Positions 60,240 to 64,000 of a DNA stretch of 64,000 bases are shown here, in pieces; within the stretch, counting starts at the first letter, position 1; each line of letters begins with the position of its first letter. Under the pieces are notes generated by a model. That model ran no database searches, was not told the origin of the DNA, and saw only the letters and a list, made by a program, of their open reading frames with translations. The position numbers were made by a program, and so were the translations under genes. Source of the DNA: an uncultured Acidobacteriota bacterium (GTDB lineage Bacteria; Acidobacteriota; Terriglobia; Terriglobales; Acidobacteriaceae); NCBI GenBank assembly GCA_963851135.1, contig CAWKOB010000001.1, positions 65,940-129,939 on the forward strand, read 5' to 3'.

Positions 60240-60944
60240 TCAGCTTCCGGATTGGGGGGGGTCTGTTCCCTGTTCCCTGTTCCCTGTTCCCTGCTCTTTG
60301 TCTTCCTTCCGATTAAATTCATTCATCGCGGCTGCGGGGCCGGCCTCCAGGATGCGCCGTGTGGCCGTTGCCACCTTGTCCAGCATCTCGTCCAGCACCG
60401 ACAGGTCGCGCTTGTTCATGGGCGAAAGCAGATAATCCTTGCCTCCGCGCTTGCTTGCTCCGGCTGCAATTGCTTCGGGCGGCATTTCCTTACCGACCCC
60501 GATGCGCAGCCGCAGCCACTCCTGAGTACCCAGCGCGGCGGTGATGCTGCGGGCGCCGTTGTGGCCGGCAGTCGAACCGCGCTCCCTTATCTTCATCGTT
60601 CCCAGATTCAGGTCGAGCTCGTCGTAGATCACGAGCATGTCCTTCAATGGGTCCGCCTCGAACTCGCGAACCAGGGCGGCCACCGATGCTCCGCTCAGGT
60701 TCATGAATGTCTCCGGCTTGGCCAGGATCACCGTGCGGCCGCCAATCCGGCAGCTTGCAGTGATGGCCCGGCATCGCCGGTTTTGCACCACAACGCCCTC
60801 TTGCTGGGCGATGCGGTCAACCGCCATGAACCCCGCGTTGTGCGGCGTCCACGTGTACTCCAGGCCGGGATTGCCTAACCCGACCACCAGGAACGGGCCA
60901 GAACGCTGTTCCGCCTGGCCCACGAACTGGGCTGCCTCGGCCAA
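60240..60944 (-). CDS. pth: Peptidyl-tRNA hydrolase
   Basis: VGLGNPG, TPHNAGF, KPETFMNLSG, GHNG, RLRIGVG. Confidence 0.95.
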   Translation of the reverse strand: MAEAAQFVGQAEQRSGPFLVVGLGNPGLEYTWTPHNAGFMAVDRIAQQEGVVVQNRRCRAITASCRIGGRTVILAKPETFMNLSGASVAALVREFEADPLKDMLVIYDELDLNLGTMKIRERGSTAGHNGARSITAALGTQEWLRLRIGVGKEMPPEAIAAGASKRGGKDYLLSPMNKRDLSVLDEMLDKVATATRRILEAGPAAAMNEFNRKEDKEQGTGNREQGTDPPQSGS

Positions 60945-60947
60945 GGC

Positions 60948-61661
60948 TTACTTCTTGGCCTTTTCGGCCTTCTCGCCGCCCTCTGCCTTGCCCGCGGCTT
61001 CGGTTTCACCCTTGCCCTTCTTGGCCACTTCCGGCTCCGCCGGCGCGCCCTCCGCCGTCACCGCTGCAGCTTCAACTTCCGGCGTCGCCACCACTTCCTC
61101 ACGGATGGAAACCACGTGCGCCACCGGTGAGTCTTCCGCGGACAGGTATTTGATCTTTTCGTTATGCGGCAGGCCGCTCACTCGCAGCACCTGGTGCATA
61201 TCCAGCTCGGTTACATCCACGTCGATGTGGTTGGGAATGTCGGCGGGCAGGCACTCGATTTCCACTTCGCGGAGAATCTGGTCGAGAATGCCGCCGCTAG
61301 TTCTTACGCCGACCGGAACGCCGATCAGCTTTACGCGAACGCTGACGCGGAGCCGCTTGTCCAGCGCGATCCGCTTCATGTCGATGTGGATGAGCTGATC
61401 CTTGATCGGCTCTCTCTGCGAGTCCACGATCATGGCTTTCGCGGTGGCCCCGCCACCCCCCAACTGGACGTCGAAGATGGTGTTGTGGCCGGTCTCTGAG
61501 AACAGGATCCGCGAAATCTGCCTGGGATCAACTTCCACAGCAACCGGATCGTGTCCCGCTCCATAAAGAACGGCGGGGATGTGTCCAGCGCGGCGCACAC
61601 GGCGCGCGGCATTCTTGTTGAACTTGCCCTCGCGGGGCTTGGCTACGACAACTTCAGGCAT
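60948..61661 (-). CDS. rplY: 50S ribosomal protein L25/Ctc
   Basis: ARRVRRAGHIPAVLYG, IHIDM, ECLPADIP. Confidence 0.96.
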   Translation of the reverse strand: MPEVVVAKPREGKFNKNAARRVRRAGHIPAVLYGAGHDPVAVEVDPRQISRILFSETGHNTIFDVQLGGGGATAKAMIVDSQREPIKDQLIHIDMKRIALDKRLRVSVRVKLIGVPVGVRTSGGILDQILREVEIECLPADIPNHIDVDVTELDMHQVLRVSGLPHNEKIKYLSAEDSPVAHVVSIREEVVATPEVEAAAVTAEGAPAEPEVAKKGKGETEAAGKAEGGEKAEKAKK

Positions 61662-61694
61662 GATTCTCTCTTTTCTTTGTCGGGCACGAGAAGC

Positions 61695-61852
61695 AGCTTT
61701 TAGCTCTTAGCCATTAGCTTTCAGCTGATGGCTTGTAGTTTTGAGCCTTTGCTGCCAGGCCCCGCTCCCTTTGTTGGGGCAGCTTGCTGTGAACTTAGCT
61801 GCCGAATCTGGTTGTGCCGAAGCTAAAAGCTAATGGCTAATAGCTAACGGCT
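61695..61852. repeat. Inverted pair of AGCT-core heptamer arrays (61695-61733, 61821-61852)
   Basis: agcttttagctcttagccattagctttcagct versus agctaaaagctaatggctaatagctaacggct. Confidence 0.8.
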
Positions 61853-61856
61853 GTCT

Positions 61857-62978
61857 TTACGAAAACAGCGTACTCACGCTGGTTTCCATGTGAATGCTCT
61901 CGATAGCGGCGCCGAGCAGGCCGGCAATCGACAAAACTTTGATCTTGGGCAATTTCTGCGCCGCTTCGCGTAGGGGAATGGTGTCCGTTACCACGACTTC
62001 CTGCAACCGGGAGGCGGCGATGCGGTCAATTGCCGGCCCCGAAAGCACGGCGTGGCTGGCGCAGGCATATACGTTGCTGGCGCCGGAGGCATACAGCGCG
62101 TCCACCGTCTTCACCAGCGTTCCGGCGGTGTCGATGATGTCGTCGATGATCAGGCAGGTCTTGCCGTTCACGTCGCCCACCACGTGCATCACTTCCGCCA
62201 CGTTCATGTCGGTGCGGCGCTTGTCCACAATGGCCAGCGGCGCGCCCATTTTCTGCGCGAAATGCCTCGCTCTTTCCACGCCGCCCGCATCCGGCGAAAC
62301 CACCGTCAGGTTGGGCAGGCCGAGCCCACGGAAATACGACACCAGCACCGGAGAAGCGAACATGTGATCGACGGGAATGTTGAAGAAGCCCTGGATCTGC
62401 GCGGCGTGGAGGTCGACGAAAAGCGCGCGGTGCGCTCCGGCCACGGTCAGCAGGTCAGCGATGAGCTTGGCGCTGATGGCCACGCGCGGGCGGTCCTTGC
62501 GGTCTTGGCGGGCGTAGCCGTAGTAGGGCACCACTGCCGTGATCCTTGCCGCCGAGGCCCGCTTGAGCGCGTCGATCATCACCAATAACTCCATCAGGTG
62601 CTGGTCCACCGGATAGCAGGTGGGCTGCACCACAAACACGTCGACTCCGCGAACGTTCTCGAGGAGTTGGAAGTAAACTTCGCCATCGGCGAAGCGCTGC
62701 AATTTGGCCTCGCCCACCGGAACGCCGATGTGGCGGCCGATGGATTCAGCCAGAGAGCGGTTGGCCGTGCCGGAGAAGAGCTTGAAGCGCTTGTCCTCAC
62801 TCAGATTGCGAGAGCGCTTGCGCTCGGCAGCCGGTTTGGCATCCTTCGCTTTCGCGTCCGGCTGAACCGGGGTCGCGGGCTCTTTGCCGCCAGGTTTGTT
62901 GCCCTGGCTGGCCGGTTCGGGCGCGGCGCCCGGCTGCTTCGTGTCTTCCAGTGTCACCGTCAACGTTGCTTCGTCCAT
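61857..62978 (-). CDS. prs: Ribose-phosphate pyrophosphokinase with N-terminal low-complexity extension
   Basis: RFADGE, PYYGYARQDRK, DLHAAQIQGFF, VSPDAGG, DDIIDTAGT. Confidence 0.96.
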   Translation of the reverse strand: MDEATLTVTLEDTKQPGAAPEPASQGNKPGGKEPATPVQPDAKAKDAKPAAERKRSRNLSEDKRFKLFSGTANRSLAESIGRHIGVPVGEAKLQRFADGEVYFQLLENVRGVDVFVVQPTCYPVDQHLMELLVMIDALKRASAARITAVVPYYGYARQDRKDRPRVAISAKLIADLLTVAGAHRALFVDLHAAQIQGFFNIPVDHMFASPVLVSYFRGLGLPNLTVVSPDAGGVERARHFAQKMGAPLAIVDKRRTDMNVAEVMHVVGDVNGKTCLIIDDIIDTAGTLVKTVDALYASGASNVYACASHAVLSGPAIDRIAASRLQEVVVTDTIPLREAAQKLPKIKVLSIAGLLGAAIESIHMETSVSTLFS

Positions 62979-63030
62979 TTCCCGAGTTCCTCCAAGCTGG
63001 TTTGCTTTGGCTGCATTCGGTAGAACAGAG

Positions 63031-63104
63031 TGGCTGGGCGATCAGGATTCGAACCTGAATAAATGCCTCCAAAGGGCATTGTCCTACCATTGAACGATCG
63101 CCCA
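63031..63104 (-). tRNA. tRNA-Gln(TTG)
   Basis: Reverse complement TGGGCGATCGTTCAATGGTAGGACAATGCCCTTTGGAGGCAT...GGTTCGAATCCTGATCGCCCAGCCA; classic ispE-tRNA-Gln-prs synteny. Confidence 0.96.
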
Positions 63105-63193
63105 ACAAAGCGCCTGCACTGCGTTCGGCAGCGGTGGCGCCAGGATGTCGGTTTGCAGCCGCCCGCGAGTCTCTCGCGGCACGCGGTTGGCTG

Positions 63194-64000
63194 TCAATCC
63201 TCAGATTCGAGAAGCATTCGATTCCAGTACTCGGGTCGCGGGAGCGTGCGGGTAAGGATGCTTCCCACACCGGCGGCCCGCAGCCTGTCTGCGGCTGCTT
63301 CTGCTTGGCTCCGGGCCTGGTAAAGGCCGAAGAGCGCTGACCCGGACCCCGACAGCGAGGCATGGAGGGCTGCCTCCGGTGAGCCTTCGGCCGCAAGAGT
63401 CTGCTTGATCGCGCGCAGGGAGGGATGCTGGGGGAACACGACCTGTTCGAAGTCGTTTTGAATCCAGCTAAGGATCCCGGTGCGGACAAGCACGGACTCT
63501 TGAGGTCCGGCCAGGTCCCCGCGGCCTGATTGGTTCTCTTGGGCGGGGACACCGGAGGAGCCGGTTCCAAGCCCACCCTGCGGAATTGCTTCCGCAAAGG
63601 CGCTGGCGTAGGCGCGGCTCAACTCCTTTAGTTTATCGGCACTTGCCTCAGCGGTCAAACCGGTGCGGGCGCAGTGGTCGTCCCAGTCGCGGAACGCCTG
63701 CGGAGTGGAGACGCCCGTCTCGGGTATGGCAAGGACGCACCAGAGCGGCTCAAAGTCGGGCAAGGGGTGGACTTCCTGACCATGATCGACGCCGAGAATG
63801 GCGCCCCCGACAAGGAAAAGGGGAACGTCGGAGCCAACCTGGGCGGCGAGATCGAGACGGTGGGCCGGCCAGGATTCGTGGATCGTGGATCGTGATTCGT
63901 GATTCGTGGTTGATTGGCGGGCAAGTTCCAATTCCAGGCCGATCAGCGCGGCCACGGCGTTGCCGGAACCGGCGCCGAGCCCGCCCTGGACGGGAAGACG
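63194..64000 (-). CDS. ispE: 4-diphosphocytidyl-2-C-methyl-D-erythritol kinase (5' end outside window)
   Basis: LPVQGGLGAGSGNA, GSDVPLFL, VSTPQAF, NDFE, LSGSGSALFG. Confidence 0.93.
   Translation of the reverse strand, partial: RLPVQGGLGAGSGNAVAALIGLELELARQSTTNHESRSTIHESWPAHRLDLAAQVGSDVPLFLVGGAILGVDHGQEVHPLPDFEPLWCVLAIPETGVSTPQAFRDWDDHCARTGLTAEASADKLKELSRAYASAFAEAIPQGGLGTGSSGVPAQENQSGRGDLAGPQESVLVRTGILSWIQNDFEQVVFPQHPSLRAIKQTLAAEGSPEAALHASLSGSGSALFGLYQARSQAEAAADRLRAAGVGSILTRTLPRPEYWNRMLLESED
63873..63914. repeat. Heptamer array (GATTCGT/GGATCGT) inside ispE
   Basis: gattcgt ggatcgt ggatcgt gattcgt gattcgt ggttgat; encodes QSTTNHESRSTIHES. Confidence 0.85.

Overview
High-GC bacterial chromosome segment whose gene content and style point to Acidobacteriota (Terriglobia-like); this is an inference. 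From left to right it holds: two tandem paralogous secreted proteins; a caa3 oxidase plus Rieske/cytochrome b operon; an APC permease; a cysD-cysN-cysH-TauE operon; an esterase; an accessory island (18.1-22.3 kb); a radical SAM gene, yiaK, an XRE-cupin regulator and vapBC; the yidC-yidD-rnpA-rpmH/dnaA region (no dnaN, no evident DnaA boxes); an M13 peptidase, ndk, jag, a secreted deaminase, tRNA-Phe and pip; a TonB receptor/GH54/GH9 cluster; a leaderless uORF ending FFRPPP ahead of an RND-TolC operon; and the rplI-rpsR-rpsF-pth-rplY-prs-tRNA-Gln-ispE block. In the island, ~96-bp repeats ending GGCCACCCGCC separate three cargos: a 5'-truncated brnA, an HUH TnpA inside long inverted repeats, and a nuclease-STAND NTPase defence candidate. 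The strongest candidates for novelty are this repeat-delimited cassette array, the arrest-peptide-like uORF, nested (Russian-doll) repeat domains in the GH54 protein, and REP or 7/8-mer repeats that have entered coding sequences. All calls come from reading the sequence and recognising motifs; no database searches were run.
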